This document shows, piece after piece, positions 24,723 to 38,374 of a stretch of DNA of 64,000 bases. The DNA comes from Eledone cirrhosa. Taxonomy: Eukaryota. Each line of letters opens with the position of its first letter. Position 1 is the first letter of the stretch. A model generated the notes under the pieces. The model did not search any database. It had not been told where the DNA came from and saw only the letters and a list, made by a program, of their open reading frames with translations. The stretch is from positions 19,964,001 to 20,028,000 of the forward strand of contig OZ024742.1 of assembly GCA_964016885.1 (NCBI GenBank), in the 5' to 3' direction. The position numbers and the translations under genes were made by a program.

Positions 24723-27700
24723 TCAAACTACAGATGTATATTCAGAGTTCACTCGGACCATTCTCGCTACATTCACCCACCTTTCAACAAACTTGCTAGA
24801 AAGCAGCACTTGCCTCTCCACTCTGATTTTCCTCTTCAAGTGAAACTTGAAAAAGTTAATTAGAGATTCGCCGAAGAGGAAAGTGTCTGTCTTTAATCCT
24901 TTTAACCTTGTCCACCACACAATCTCTTTCGCCATGGCCACCAGGCAGATGAAAACCGCCTTCCCTTCCTCCTCGAAGGAAGACGGCGAGACCATCTGCA
25001 CAATGGACTCAGTCGACAACCGGATCTGTCCCACACGCGACAGCAACTGTTCGACATAGCTCCACAAGTCAGCAATGCTCGGGCACTGAACGAGTGCGTG
25101 CACAACGGTTTCGTCGCTCTGCGCGCATCTCGGACAGGCTTGGCTGACGGCACTTCTGTGCCTGTAGAGCTTATCTCGAACCGGCAGCGCTCCCCGGTAG
25201 CACTGCCAGGACAGGGATTTTTGGAAGTTATCCATAGGCCCCGGGCTGAAAGTTCTCCGGAAGAGAGCAAACAGCTGATCTTCTTCGACGCCCAGGATCT
25301 CTCCGAGAATGTCGTCGCTCTTCCCCTCCACTAGTCCTCTATAGAACGCCGAGGTGGATGTTCCACTGATACTGGTGCCCAGCTGGGAGAGGGCAGTGAG
25401 CGCCTGGAGACATTCCAGTTTCCATGCGCTATCCCTCGGTCTTTTCTGACCCAGGACTGCAGCTCCGTCAAGGAGACGAGCTGTGGGAAAATGTGCCTGG
25501 CGAACGGCGACCACACCCGTTCACCATCAAGGAAGCACCAGAGATGTCGCAGCCTCAGCGCATGTTTGCGCATCATCAGCCATGGCATGCCCAGTCCTCC
25601 ACGCAACGGGTGTTGATAGCAGATGGATTGTCTGACCATGGGAGCGCGTCCCTTCCACAAAAAGCGGAAGAGGAGGCGCTCCATTTTGGTGAGAGTTGGG
25701 CTGGAGCAAGGGACGACGGTGAGGCGGTAGCAGATGACGGATGCGATGTACGCATTCGCCACCTCCGCCCGGCTTTTCAGGGACAGCTTCCTCTCAGCCC
25801 ATTTCTGGGTGAGGGAGGCCACCCTGCTCGTCACCTCGTTCCAGTTTTTCTCCATCTGGAGGTCCGGTCCGAACCAGACCCCGAGCAATTTAACCGGTCC
25901 GTCCGTCCAACGCCCCACGACGCTGTCGGACGGCATGGAATTGCCTCTCCAGGTGCCGAGCTGCAAGCCCACCGACTTTTTCTGGTTTATCTTTGCTCCT
26001 GTCACCGCTTCGTATTCATTGAGAGCGGTGCCGAGCATCTGGACGTGTCTGGTGCTCGACACCACCACGGTGACGTCGTCAGCGTAAGCTGACTCGGATT
26101 TCCCGCATCCTAGTTCGCGTGGGACGCCCCTCATCGCCCCAAGTTTGTGCAGTAACGGCTCGAGAGCCAATACGTACAAGAGGGACGAGAGGGGACAACC
26201 CTGGCGGACTGAGCGCATGATGCTGAACGGCTGCGACAGGTGACCGTTCACCCTCACAACTGAGCAGATGTCGCTGTACATTGCTGCGATCCAACCCCTG
26301 AAAACAGGCCCGAAACCGGCTGCCTCGAGGACCGCCGCCAGGTACCGAAGGTCGACCCTATCTAATGCTTTGGATTGATCCAAGTTGATCACGGCCCCAC
26401 CCTTGCCAGGTTCCTAACCACCCTCTCTATGATGTATCGCATGAGGTGGAGGTTGTCGTGTATGGATCTGTCCGGAATGGCGCATGTCTGCGCCTCTCCC
26501 ACCAGACCCTTGACGACAAGCGCCAACCTCGTTGCTAACACCTTGGCCAAAATCTTGAACTCTGCGTTTAGCAGGGTTATGGGCCTGAAATAATCGATAA
26601 CATCCCCCTTGTACGGGTCTTTTCTCAGCAGCGCCACTGCTCCCCGGCTCACAAAACTGTGAATGCTCTCGTTCTGCTGCCAGTTGCAGTAGACGTCTGC
26701 CAAGAGGTCACCGAACAAGTCTGGCATAAATGCATAAAGCTCGTAGGGCAGACCATCTAAACCTGGCGATTTACCCCTTGTGCAGTTAGCCATCGCTTCC
26801 CGTATTTCACCGGCTGTTATTGGCTTTTCGCAACACTGTGCTGCGGTCGTCGAGAGCCGAGGCAGTCCGTCGAGGTATGCACTGAAGTCCATGCCCCGAT
26901 CCGGGCCGCCGCTGCTCCCGAACAGTTCAGCAAAGTGCTGCTGAAAAGCTTCACACATCCGCTCGGGTTCGAGCATCACGGACCCGTTTTGGTCAGACAA
27001 GGACCGAATTGTGGCTTTGATGCCACGTCGCGCCTCTGCCACCCGGGCACATTGGACGGCTTTTGTCCCCTCGTGTTTCAGATCACGCGCTCTAGCTCTG
27101 ACAACGCAGCCTTCGTGTTTTGCGTTGAAGAATTGGTCGAGTGACAATCTCGCCGCAAGCACGTCGGTTACGATGCCTGTCCTAAACGCCTCTTCTAGCT
27201 TTCTGACTAGCTCTCCCTCTACTCTATTTTCCTCTATCACTACTCCTTTGCTAAACCTAATCGACTCTACTTTAATTGCCCTTTTCAGGGCGAACCACCA
27301 CCTGTTGTTCACGACCGCTCCCGTCAACGCCCGCTTAACTAATACGCTAATCCGGTCTCTGTAGGCTTTGCGCGCCGGGAAAGACGCGTTCAGCTTCCAG
27401 TATCTAGACCCTTGTCTATGAAGTCTGTCTATGTCGATCTCACAGATGACAAATTTGTGGTCTGTGTAGTCGACTATTTTAAATTGTGGACAACTTATAC
27501 TAGCCTTATCTAGTTCCCTGCAGAATACCCTATCTAGATACGATCTGGATGACCCGATACGGTTTGTCCATGTCCACATTGGCACATTCAGGTGATCCAG
27601 TCGATACCTGTCAGACAGTTCAAAACGTCTGAGCAGGTTGGTGAGGCTCTTGCACCCTCCTCTCCTATCCACTATTCCCACACGATCCCAGCGTGCATCC

Positions 27701-28136
27701 AAGATACCGTTCCAGTCGCCCACTAACACTAAAGAGCTGGACGTTCCAAGAAAGGTCTCTAGACGTCTGAAGAAATCTGGCCATCCTGCCCCTGTTGGGG
27801 CGTAGACGGCTACTAGCCTGAAAGCATTGCCTTCGCTGCCGGTCACGTCCAGCACCACCGACTTACATTCTGGGTCCTGGAAGATGGCCCGTATCGCGAG
27901 ATCCAAGCCTCTCCGAAAAAGGACGGCAACCCCTCCCCCGATCCTGGACAGCTGGGAGATGCGTATACATCGTAGCCGCCGAAGATCGGTGCGAAAGCTT
28001 GTGCTTCGGAGATTCTGGTTTCACTGATGGCCACCACATCTATGTTTAGTGACCTGAGGTCATTGAGCAGGTGACCCTGCTTCCAAGATGACCCCAGGCC
28101 ACATGCATTTATACTGCCTATTCTGAGTACAGCCAT
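24723..28136 (-). pseudogene. LINE ORF2 (APE endonuclease-RT-zinc finger) broken by about 3 frameshifts
   Basis: MAVLRIGSINACGL...ISETR; VAVYAP; LVGDWN; SYLDRVF; TDHK; KSPGLDGLP; RPITLLNAEFKILAKVLATRL; LDQSKALDRVD; SVRQGCPLS; AYADDV; CPRCAQSDETVVHALVQC. Frame changes near 27910, 26390 and 25430. Confidence 0.92.
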
Positions 28137-28452
28137 GCTGGATGAGAAACGGGGCAAGTGAGAAAGGGTCACTTACCTTGTTCGTGTGGTGAAGGGAGAT
28201 TAGAACCGTCCCTTTCGCTGGTCATGGGTGTTTCCAAGAGGATGTCAGTGTATATCCTCTTGGTAACCGTCCCTCTGAAGTCTCCAATTGCGTTGCGGAA
28301 TTTTTGTTTTAAAGGTTTGTACTGTTCTATTGAGATTTCGATGATGCTTATGTTTGTCGGGAGAGTTCTTGGTGTTGGTGGGGTGTAGTAGTTTTTTTCT
28401 GTGATGTCTGTGTGCTGCTTTATATATTGTATGAGTTCTTTTTTTGCAATGT

Positions 28453-29346
28453 TTATGGCTGTGTACTTTTTGGGGGGAGGGGTGATTTTGTTGCTGTTTT
28501 CTTCTTGTTGCTGTTTTTAGTGTGTGTGTCTTGTGTTTGCGTTGTTGGTGTTTGTGGTGGTAATGGTGGTGGTGTTGCTGCAAGTTTCCTTGCTGCCTTT
28601 ACCCCTCTTTGTATGCCTTCGCTTTTGGAGGGTGAATCTAAGGGTTTTTTTCTTTTTTCTTTTTTGTGGCAGACCGTTTGCCACTTCACTCCCGCCCCAA
28701 ACTCCATGTCGGATTCTGTGGCGTCTGGGAAGGGTATGTGCTCCACGGCTGTTGGTGGTGGTAGTGGAGCCCTCTTCGGCAATGTTGTTGCTGGTGTAGC
28801 TACTTCAAATGTAGCTATTGGTGTTGCCGCTACTGATGATGCTGCTTTAGTTATCCGTGGCCTTGGTACGGGTGCTACGGACGTTGCCCTCCTACTCAAC
28901 GTGGAAGCGGCTTCTTCGTTTGTTGTCTGCCCTGCTCTTGGTAGCAGCGGCCCAGGTATTGGAAGGAGAGGGGCCTTCTTCGCTGTCTTCTGCGGGCAAA
29001 AGGCCCTGAGGTGACCCTTCGACCCACAGAGATAACATTTTGGCCGTCTTCCTTCTACACTTATAGGGAGTTGGAGTCCTTCCTCGATGTCTATGATATC
29101 GGGGATAGCGTCGATACATTCCTGCTCAGTTTGTATAAGCATTTGCATGCCTATACCTGACCAGTTCTCTCTCCCTATTTTTTCTACTTGCAGCATGGTC
29201 GCCCTGTTCTCGATTCCAGCAAGGACAGACGCGGCCAGCCAAGGTATGGGCACGTCGGGTGGGACCTGGGACACTTTGACCCTCACAATTTTCTGCCCGC
29301 AGTAGGAGGGCACCAAGACTATCTCCTCACTCTTTAGGGTTTCCAA
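28453..29346 (-). CDS. LINE ORF1 (gag-like nucleic-acid-binding protein), 5' part apparently damaged
   Basis: ISVEGRRPKCYLCGSKGHLRAFCP (CX2CX4HX4C) followed by a Pro/Thr/Lys-rich tail. No ATG start in the open region. Confidence 0.8.
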   Translation of the reverse strand: METLKSEEIVLVPSYCGQKIVRVKVSQVPPDVPIPWLAASVLAGIENRATMLQVEKIGRENWSGIGMQMLIQTEQECIDAIPDIIDIEEGLQLPISVEGRRPKCYLCGSKGHLRAFCPQKTAKKAPLLPIPGPLLPRAGQTTNEEAASTLSRRATSVAPVPRPRITKAASSVAATPIATFEVATPATTLPKRAPLPPPTAVEHIPFPDATESDMEFGAGVKWQTVCHKKEKRKKPLDSPSKSEGIQRGVKAARKLAATPPPLPPQTPTTQTQDTHTKNSNKKKTATKSPLPPKSTQP

Positions 29347-29544
29347 AGAGTGAGACTTTGTTTCCTGGAGGGTGGCGAAAAGTACGTCTACTGTGGCGTA
29401 CTTTCTGCTTCGGGTGACTTCTTCTAAACTTTTATCAAATTTAAAACTTCAATAAAAGGTTTAGAACGGTTGAAAACGAGGTAAAACGTTGAAGAAATTT
29501 GGAGGCGATAAGAAGCGTGGCTTCACCAACAATAATAATAATAA

Positions 29545-29633
29545 TAATTGTTTCTACTTTGGGCACAATAATAATAATAACGATTTCTGATATAGGTACG
29601 AGGGCAACAATTTTTGGGGACGGAGAGAGAGAG

Positions 29634-29714
<81 letters not shown>

Positions 29715-29905
29715 GGGTGGGGTGTAAAAGAGATATAGAAGAAGAATTGCTCCCAGTACTGGATTGGTATTTATTTTATCGACCTCTAAAAGATGAAAGG
29801 TAAAGCTGAATCCAGCAGGATTTGAACGCAGAATGCAGAGATCCAGAACGAAGATTGCAAATCATTCTATCGAAGGTTCTCACGACTTCGCCAAATTCAC
29901 CACCA
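29545..29905 (-). mobile_element. SINE family A (internal GA expansion) whose (ATT)n tail abuts the Tx1 5' end
   Basis: TTGTTTCTACTTTGGGCACAA...CCCAGTACTGG.TTGGTATTTATTTTATCGACC...GATGAAAGGTAAAG...GGATTTGAAC. Confidence 0.75.
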
Positions 29906-30129
29906 TTTTAACCTCTTTTTACGAGTCTAATGTCAGAAACCATATATACGGAACATAGACGACAGCGGTTACATTATTAACCGAATTTTAGATTTATTGT
30001 CAAAATGTATTCATGGAAAGCAAAACACACACATATACAGATATATACTCACATTCCCACACCTGCACTTACACCCAGAAATACACAGACACACACACAT
30101 ACACACACACACATGTATTTATATAAATA

Positions 30130-30165
<36 letters not shown>

Positions 30166-30172
30166 ATGTTTT

Positions 30173-30215
<43 letters not shown>

Positions 30216-30551
30216 ATTAAATGATGTATATATATATATATATATATACAGCATTTAATCAGACACACATACATACATGCAAATAAACCTACATGCATAC
30301 ACACACACACATACATACATATATACACACATACATACATATATACATACATACATACACACATACGTATATTGTGTTAGAAATGTTTATGTTTATTAAA
30401 TGACCTTTGACCAACTTTCAGAATAGAAAGAGTCGAACTAGGTCAGTTGAGAAACAAAATTGTATTGTATACAATACAATGTGTGCGTACACTATATATA
30501 TATACACACATACATACATGCACACACATACACATACATACGGTAACACAC

Positions 30552-30582
<31 letters not shown>

Positions 30583-30671
30583 CATACACACACACACATA
30601 TACATACATACACACATACACACATACGCATATACACATACACATACACACACACACATATATATATACAT

Positions 30672-30712
<41 letters not shown>

Positions 30713-30737
30713 CACACACACATTCACATATATATAA

Positions 30738-30776
<39 letters not shown>

Positions 30777-30871
30777 CACGTTCACATATACAAATGTAAG
30801 TTATTTTATATATTTTTTGTTATACATACATATATATATATATAATTATATATATATACGTACATATGCGT

Positions 30872-30962
<91 letters not shown>

Positions 30963-31088
30963 CATACGTATAAATATGTTTATTATCTCACAATAGATAG
31001 TGGTTACTACATTAGGAACTTGAAATTCTTCTACTATAATTCCTCCCACCTCCATATTTGAATCACACACACACACACACATACACAT

Positions 31089-31133
<45 letters not shown>

Positions 31134-31594
31134 CGCGCGTCACCGCACGCACACACTGATTCACACACACCGCAGATACACACACATATATATATACATA
31201 TATGCACACATAGACGTGAATATTTGTCTGTCTTCTGTCTTCTCATATATGTCTAAATCGATGTATGTATGGACTTGTATGTATAAAACAGAACAAAGAA
31301 GAGAGACAAAGTAACAACAAATGTAGTCACTGTGGAGGTCACAGAATGTGTGACGAAAGAACTTTGATGACAACCAACAGAGACTGGAGAATGTTGACCC
31401 CTAGTCTTGCGGTAATCGAGGGAGGTAGAGACTGGGGGATTTTGACCCTAATCTTCCGGTAATTGGTGGATGTGATGGTAACTGGGGGGGGGGGGTTAAC
31501 AGTCGAAGTCAGTTAAAATATTAAAAACAAGAAAAAGAGATATTGTGGATTTAGTGTAAAACCACAAAAGTTCCAGGAAAAAATGTGACTGTAC

Positions 31595-32105
31595 CTCCTC
31601 AAATGAGAGATTAAGTCTAATTATGTGATTTAATGAGGTCAATATTAAGTTTTAATTAAGAAAAGTGCATGTTTGAGTAGTGGTGTGGCGGGGCGGATAG
31701 TTCAGAAGAATCATTTGAGACAGAGGTTGGTTATAATGGATGTAACAGGGAATCTGGTAGACCTGGTAGACCTGGTAGATCTGGTAGACCTGGTAGACCT
31801 GGTAGATCTGGTAGACCTGGTAGACCTGGTAGATCTGGTAGACCTGGTAGACCTGGTAGATCTGGTAGACCTGGTAGACCTGGTAGATCTGGTAGACCTG
31901 GTAGACCTGGTAGACCTGGTAGATCTGGTAGACCTGGAAGACCTGGTAGATCTGGTAGACCTGGCAGACCTGGTAGATCTGGTAGATATGGTAGACCTGG
32001 TAGACCTGGTAGATCTGGTAGATATGGTAGACCTGGTAGGAAGAGAAGAGTTGTTAGTGTGGGAGACTGTGAGGATGTGATATGTTTGATAATGTTGATA
32101 AAACA
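31595..32105 (+). repeat. Arm 1 of an inverted duplication containing a 9-bp minisatellite (CTGGTAGAY)n at about 31754-32038
   Basis: Unique flanks are the reverse complement of 37641-38088 (mirror ORFs MSSGVAGRIV... at 31673+ and 38010-). Confidence 0.9.
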
Positions 32106-32152
32106 TAATTGTTCACATATGTATATATACATACATACACAGAGACACACAC

Positions 32153-32183
<31 letters not shown>

Positions 32184-32320
32184 TACACACACACATAGAC
32201 ACACACACATACATATATATATATATACATACATACATACACACACAGAGACACACATATATATATATGTATATGTGTATATAGATATATAATCCAAAAC
32301 CGCTGGGCCCCGCAGTCGGA

Positions 32321-32424
<104 letters not shown>

Positions 32425-32635
32425 TATTTACGTATCGAGAAAGAGAAAAAAGGGGAGGATAGGTGATACATATAGTTATTTAGTAGCGTATGCCAAAGGT
32501 GCTCGATACTAGTGCCGGCAGTATTAAATATTCGAAGTGTTAATATTTAGTGGGCTAGAGAGTTAGCAGAGCGTAAGCACGTGGGAAAGTAAGAACTCGG
32601 AGAATAGACCGTTAAAACATGTTTATTTAAAATAT

Positions 32636-32675
32636 CACCTACGTAAGTTTCGCCCAGTTGGGCTTCTCAAGGGCA
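32636..32675 (-). ncRNA. Minimal hammerhead (U3:A8 variant) in the Penelope pLTR
   Basis: Reverse complement of 33523-33562. Confidence 0.7.
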
Positions 32676-33338
32676 TAAATAATCAAAAGTGTTCCTTATA
32701 TTGCTCGGAAAGAGTTTTTGGGGTTAAATCCACATCAAGGTTCATTGCTCGCAAAAATAACCTGTTTTGATTTTGCAGCAGGTCAAGGGAGGTAACTCTG
32801 GCCGGTGTTAGGGCAGTCTTTCCCGGACAAATTTTTATTTTTTTATTTTTTGCCGCATCTGTTTGTCTGAGGCTGGGTCTGGTATGCAAGGATTGTTTAC
32901 TGGGTGTTATTTTGCAGCGCCTGCCCGCCGGGGTGTTAAGAATTGTTGCAGGGAGATCCGGTGTACGGTTTCACTCCTCATCCTTAACCCATCTGAAGAA
33001 GGATATTTTTAAGCGATGTGTACAACTTATCGCTGTTTCAGCTCTGCTGTTGATGAGCTCATGGGGTGCAGTTATGATGTGGTAGAGCTCCATGAGGTAA
33101 AGATCGCATTTCCTCTTGAAGTTCTACGGTGCAGCCCTGCCGACAATCTCCCAGTGCGTGGAGAAGCTGATGTTTAAGTCCTTTAGTGATGTGATGTAGT
33201 CCGCGAGCGAAGTGGGGTGCCTTAGTTTTCTATTTGTGAAAGAGTGGAGATGTGTCCGGCCCGTTCAAAATTAGGTTTCGAATACATCTCCACTCTTTCA
33301 CAAATAGAAAACTAAGGCACTCCACTTCGCTTGCGGCG

Positions 33339-33370
<32 letters not shown>

Positions 33371-33522
33371 TCCGGGAAAGACTGCCCTAACACCGGCCAG
33401 AGTTACCTCCCTTGACCTGCTGCAAAATCAAAACAAGCTATTTTTGCGAGCAATGAACCTTGATGTGGATTTAACCCCCAAAACTCTTTCCGAGCAATAT
33501 AAGGAACACTTTTGATTATTTA

Positions 33523-33562
33523 TGCCCTTGAGAAGCCCAACTGGGCGAAACTTACGTAGGTG
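33523..33562 (+). ncRNA. Minimal hammerhead (U3:A8 variant) in the inverted Penelope pLTR, AATAAA at 33571
   Basis: TGCCC-TTGAGAA-GCCC.AACT.GGGC-GAAAC-TTAC-GTA-GGTG; stem I is short. Confidence 0.7.
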
Positions 33563-33617
33563 CTGTTTTAAATAAACATGTTTTAACGGTCTATTCTCCG
33601 ATTTTTTACTTTCCCAC

Positions 33618-33676
<59 letters not shown>

Positions 33677-33738
33677 TATATATATATCATATCCACACAC
33701 ACACACATATATATATCAACACACACACACACGCGCAG

Positions 33739-33861
<123 letters not shown>

Positions 33862-33863
33862 TC

Positions 33864-33898
<35 letters not shown>

Positions 33899-34090
33899 CC
33901 ACACACTAACAAGTTGTATCGTACTCTAGTGTGTATGTAATGACTCACAACATTCTTATGTCCTCCACCCACACAGACAGGCAAACCGTTATCCCCCCCT
34001 CTCTCTCTTTCTCCCTCTCTCTCTGTACATAATACATACAGACACACACTCATATATATATATATGAATACACACACACTCACACACACG

Positions 34091-34144
<54 letters not shown>

Positions 34145-34159
34145 TATATATATATAGAA

Positions 34160-34234
<75 letters not shown>

Positions 34235-34397
34235 GAGAGAGAGAGAGAATGACTTATACCAAGTCACTGAGAGGTAGATTCCTAGTGCAGGAAACTAAAA
34301 CAAGAAACCTTCACAAGCTTCTTTCCTTATGGGAAGATTCCTAGTATAGCAATCACAAAACTTCTGGGAATCTGACAATTGGTGACCTTGTATAAGC

Positions 34398-34440
<43 letters not shown>

Positions 34441-34579
34441 AATAAAATTATCGAGAATCGGAACTTCGGCCCACGAAATAACGAAAAACAATCTTCGAAA
34501 TGTGCGGCAAAGTGCTCAATGGTTCAGATGAACCAGAGCTATAACTAACGTGTAATACCAAGACACTGAGACGATGCTT

Positions 34580-34637
34580 AAACAATCATTCGCACAGCCA
34601 AAAAAACGACCAAGTAATTCGGGTCAAACAAATAAAA

Positions 34638-34683
<46 letters not shown>

Positions 34684-34742
34684 TTTTATTTGTTTGACCC
34701 GAATTACTTGATCGATTTTTTGGCTGTGCGAATGATTGTTTA
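34580..34742. repeat. Inverted repeat centred on a (TA)n tract
   Basis: AAACAATCATTCGCACAGCCAAAA...AAGTAATTCGGGTCAAACAAATAAAAATATAA-(TA)n-reverse complement. Confidence 0.85.
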
Positions 34743-34909
34743 ATTTGCTTTGGTGTCCTTGAAATATGTATAATGAAATAAATATGGTTTTATAAATATA
34801 GTTTCCATTTATTAATATATTGTATTTTTACTCCAAAAATTTGTTGAATGCTTTATATCAGTTATAAAAATATTTACTTGTTGTATCCCAACAATTTAAA
34901 TATAACTTC

Positions 34910-34976
<67 letters not shown>

Positions 34977-35284
34977 TTTTCTGAATTAGATACATTTTAG
35001 CGATCTTTTTATTGAGTGTTTTGTATATTGGTGACAAATAACTTTGTAAATATATATATATAGAGAGAGAATAAGAAAATGCGAAGTAGTTGCAGATGTT
35101 AAAGTCCTTTAAGGACTGATAAGGCTGTGATACATATTTCAGTGACGACAGTGGCCACGCCATTCCGCCACACCAGTGTCATAGTCTCATCATAATAAGG
35201 TTAGGTTCTCGAGACAATCAAAGTAAGAACGACAAGGGAACGGACAAAGATGATATTTTTGAAGCCTTCGCCCATAGTGAAAGC

Positions 35285-35660
<376 letters not shown>

Positions 35661-35789
35661 TGTGTGTGTGAATTGTGTATATCAAATGATATACGGTGTG
35701 TTTACGAATAAACATTTTTCTTCTTCTGCTTCGCCCACTTATTCCTGAGAGGATCGCGTGTGTGTGTGTGTGTGAGGGGGGGGGGGGGG

Positions 35790-36150
35790 GGCAGAGTCCT
35801 CAAACATTGCCTCCAGAAGGTCCTGTCTGAAACAACCATCTCCAACTAATCAGGCTTGATCTCCAAGTGAGACCAGCCAGGCTCATGGATGTTATCCAAC
35901 CATCTTTCTCAGGGTCTACCCCTGGGTTTCCTGTCGGATGGTTTTGCCCTTGAAATCTGTCCAGCGATTATTTCCTGAGACATTCTAACCATAGTTCCAT
36001 AGTATCGGAGCTGTGATCTCTCAATTCGGAGAAGTAGCAGTTCTACCTGGAGTAATTCTCTGATCTCCAAGCTACCCACTCTATCGAGTAACGTTACTCC
36101 AAAGACCCTTCGGAGGAACCCCATTTCGCCCTTTTGTATTCGCAATCGTA
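35790..36150 (-). mobile_element. RTE-clade LINE 3' fragment (a different family)
   Basis: RIQKGEMGFLRRVFGVTLLDRVGSLEIRELLQVELLLLRIERSQLRYYG...KPRGRP. Confidence 0.85.
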
Positions 36151-36348
36151 TTATTTCGGTCATTATCCAATATTAATAAATATAGGTAAGGGTTGGCACG
36201 AATACCTCTCCTGTTCGTTATTTTCATGAACATGCGCAGCCGGGCTGGAAATGGTATTACGACTGGCGTGTGTAAAATCAGTCGGCTAGTATTTGCCATC
36301 GAAATATATACATGTATATATATTTAGTATAATTAAAATTTCATACAC

Positions 36349-36478
36349 TTAACATGTATGCGCGACCTTCGGTTCCGGGCTCCAATTATGACCACCACTG
36401 TATAGTGGAGGAGCCGTTTTTATTCTCCCCCACTATACAGTGGTGGCCGAAACCAAAGATCACACATACATGTTAACT
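36349..36478. repeat. Foldback element hinged on a hammerhead stem II-like hairpin
   Basis: CCACCACTGTATAGTGG.GGAG/CTCC.CCACTATACAGTGGTGGCC-GAAAC. The mirror arm reads G(G)AACCGAAGGTC on minus. Outer arms TTAACATGTATG/CATACATGTTAA. Confidence 0.65.
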
Positions 36479-36859
36479 ATATAAAATGTTATATATATGT
36501 ATATATAAAAAAATCTTAATTATACTAAATAAGCTCTCTTACGATAGGTTGAGCATTCTTTGGTGTCTTATTTCCGAATATCCTGCACACACACACACAC
36601 ACCACACACACACACACACAACACACACACACACACACACACATACTGTGTGTGATGTAAATAATGCATTTAGAAGTACGATATTATATAGAAAGACGGG
36701 AAGCAGGCCAATGGAGTTAGGGAGAGAGATGGGGAGAAGGGTGTGCCTGTTTGTGCGGGGGGAGGACATTAGAATGTTGTGAGTCATTACATACTAGAGT
36801 ACGATGCTTATTTTAACTTATATATATGCGTGTGTGTGTATTTATGGTTGTATATATGT

Positions 36860-37335
36860 CAGGTCACTCTCGAGTGATACTGGTAACATGTAACCCAGTA
36901 CAACCTGTCTCATGGTCGGGTCGTTGGCGACTAAACCTGTTAACGCACCAAGCTCGTTTGTTGGGGGGTGATATTTGGTCACCCTGCGGGATAAAATACA
37001 AGACACAGCAAAGGGCGGAGGAACTGAGCAGAATCAACGGCGATCCAAATAATAATATTTTTTTTTTTTTTTACCTGTGAATGAAAGGTCCCCAGTTGTT
37101 GTTACAAGACCTTCCTAGGAGAAGAAAACTCTGAAAAAAAAAAAGACCTGTAGCTTCAGAAGCATCCGATGATATTGACCAGTTCTCCTTTTCGGGTAAT
37201 GTTTTCGATGCTCAGAAAGTGGGATTGGTCAAGTTCAAGGCCTTTACCTACTTAATAAACCTTCAAAGCACAGGCATTGCTTGTTCAGGATATGTTACAG
37301 GTTCGTGTGGCTGGCCGTAACCTGAAAGTGCACCA
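36860..37335 (+). mobile_element. RTE 5'UTR-like non-autonomous repeat (related to 8590-8745)
   Basis: Shared AGAAGAAAACTCTGA...AGTGGGATTGG...GCACAGGCATTGC. Confidence 0.45.
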
Positions 37336-37393
37336 GTTTCGATAATATACAACTCTTAGCAGAGTTTGCAATCATCATATATATATGTATATA

Positions 37394-37525
37394 ATGTTTA
37401 ATATAGAAGTGGCTACTACGGGACTAGAACTGTTTCGTTCAAAAGAAATCATCAGGAAATCCCTGATGATTTCTTTAGAATGAAACAGTTCTAGTGCTGT
37501 AGAAGCCATTTTCTATATTAAACAT
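37394..37525. repeat. Inverted repeat of two head-to-head hammerhead motifs; related fragment at 6873-6905
   Basis: Plus 37463-37501: CTGATGA-TTTC.TTTA.GAAT-GAAACAG.TTCTAGTG.CTGTA. Mirror copy on minus at about 37415-37455. Confidence 0.75.
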
Positions 37526-37640
37526 GATGTTTATACTCTACTAATGTATTGCGTACCTTACTTACTGTGGTTACCCCCGATTGAACTCGGGACTCACACA
37601 CATACACATATATATATAAGTATTTGTGTGTGAGGATAAT

Positions 37641-38088
37641 TGTTTTATCAACATTATCAAACATATCACATCCTCACAGTCTCCCACACTAACAACTCTT
37701 CTCTTCCTACCAGATATACCAGATATACCAGGTCTACCAGATCTACCAGGTCTACCAGATATACCAGATCTACCAGATCTACCAGGTCTACCAGATCTAC
37801 CAGATATACCAGATATACCAGATATACCAGGTCTACCAGATCTACCAGATCTACCAGGTCTACCAGAACTACCAGGTCTACCAGGTCTACCAGGTCTACC
37901 AAATCTACCAGATCTACCAGGTCTACCAGATTCCCTGTTACATCCATTATAACCAACCTCTGTCTCAAATGATTCTTCTGAACTATCCGCCCCGCCACAC
38001 CACTACTCAAACATGCACTTTTCTTAATTAAAACTTAATATTGACCTCATTAAATCACATAATTAGACTTAATCTCTCATTTGAGGAG
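37641..38088 (-). repeat. Arm 2 of the inverted duplication, with a shorter and more diverged 9-bp minisatellite
   Basis: Reverse complement of 31595-32105. Confidence 0.9.
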
Positions 38089-38122
38089 ATACACCACCAT
38101 ATGTCGCATCTCTCTTTCGCTC

Positions 38123-38227
<105 letters not shown>

Positions 38228-38374
38228 ATATATATATATTGTATTTTCTTCGGGGTTATAAGAGGCTTAGCTCTGTTTCTCGACCGTTATATCGCGTGAC
38301 TATCTCCCCCTCCGCCTTTTGGGATTCTTTCTCACGTCGTGTAGACGCGTTCTTGAGACTAGTAAAATGAGGTA

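Larger units (their letters stand above)
24424..29530 (-). mobile_element. Near full-length Tx1/L1-clade LINE (ORF1 plus frameshifted ORF2) flanked by (TAA)n
   Basis: ORF1 with CCHC knuckle; ORF2 with APE endonuclease, RT and C-terminal zinc finger; 3' end AATAAAGAAATC(ATT)n; (AAT)n on both flanks. Confidence 0.95.
32425..33618 (-). mobile_element. 5'-truncated Penelope-like element with an inverted partial copy, in (TA)n
   Basis: Minus 33252-33000 encodes HLHSFTNRKLRHPTSLADYITSLKD...WEIVGRAAP*NFKRKCDLYLMELYHII...LINSRAETAISCTHRLK (GIY-YIG C-terminal half). Plus 33255-33618 is the inverted copy (GPFKIRFRIHLHSF), internally deleted. Confidence 0.88.

Noticed and set aside
31731-32038. Collagen-like (GLP/DLP)n reading frame
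   Set aside because: Product of a 9-bp minisatellite. Gly periodicity is broken by Asp, several frames are open, and it is duplicated as an inverted repeat.
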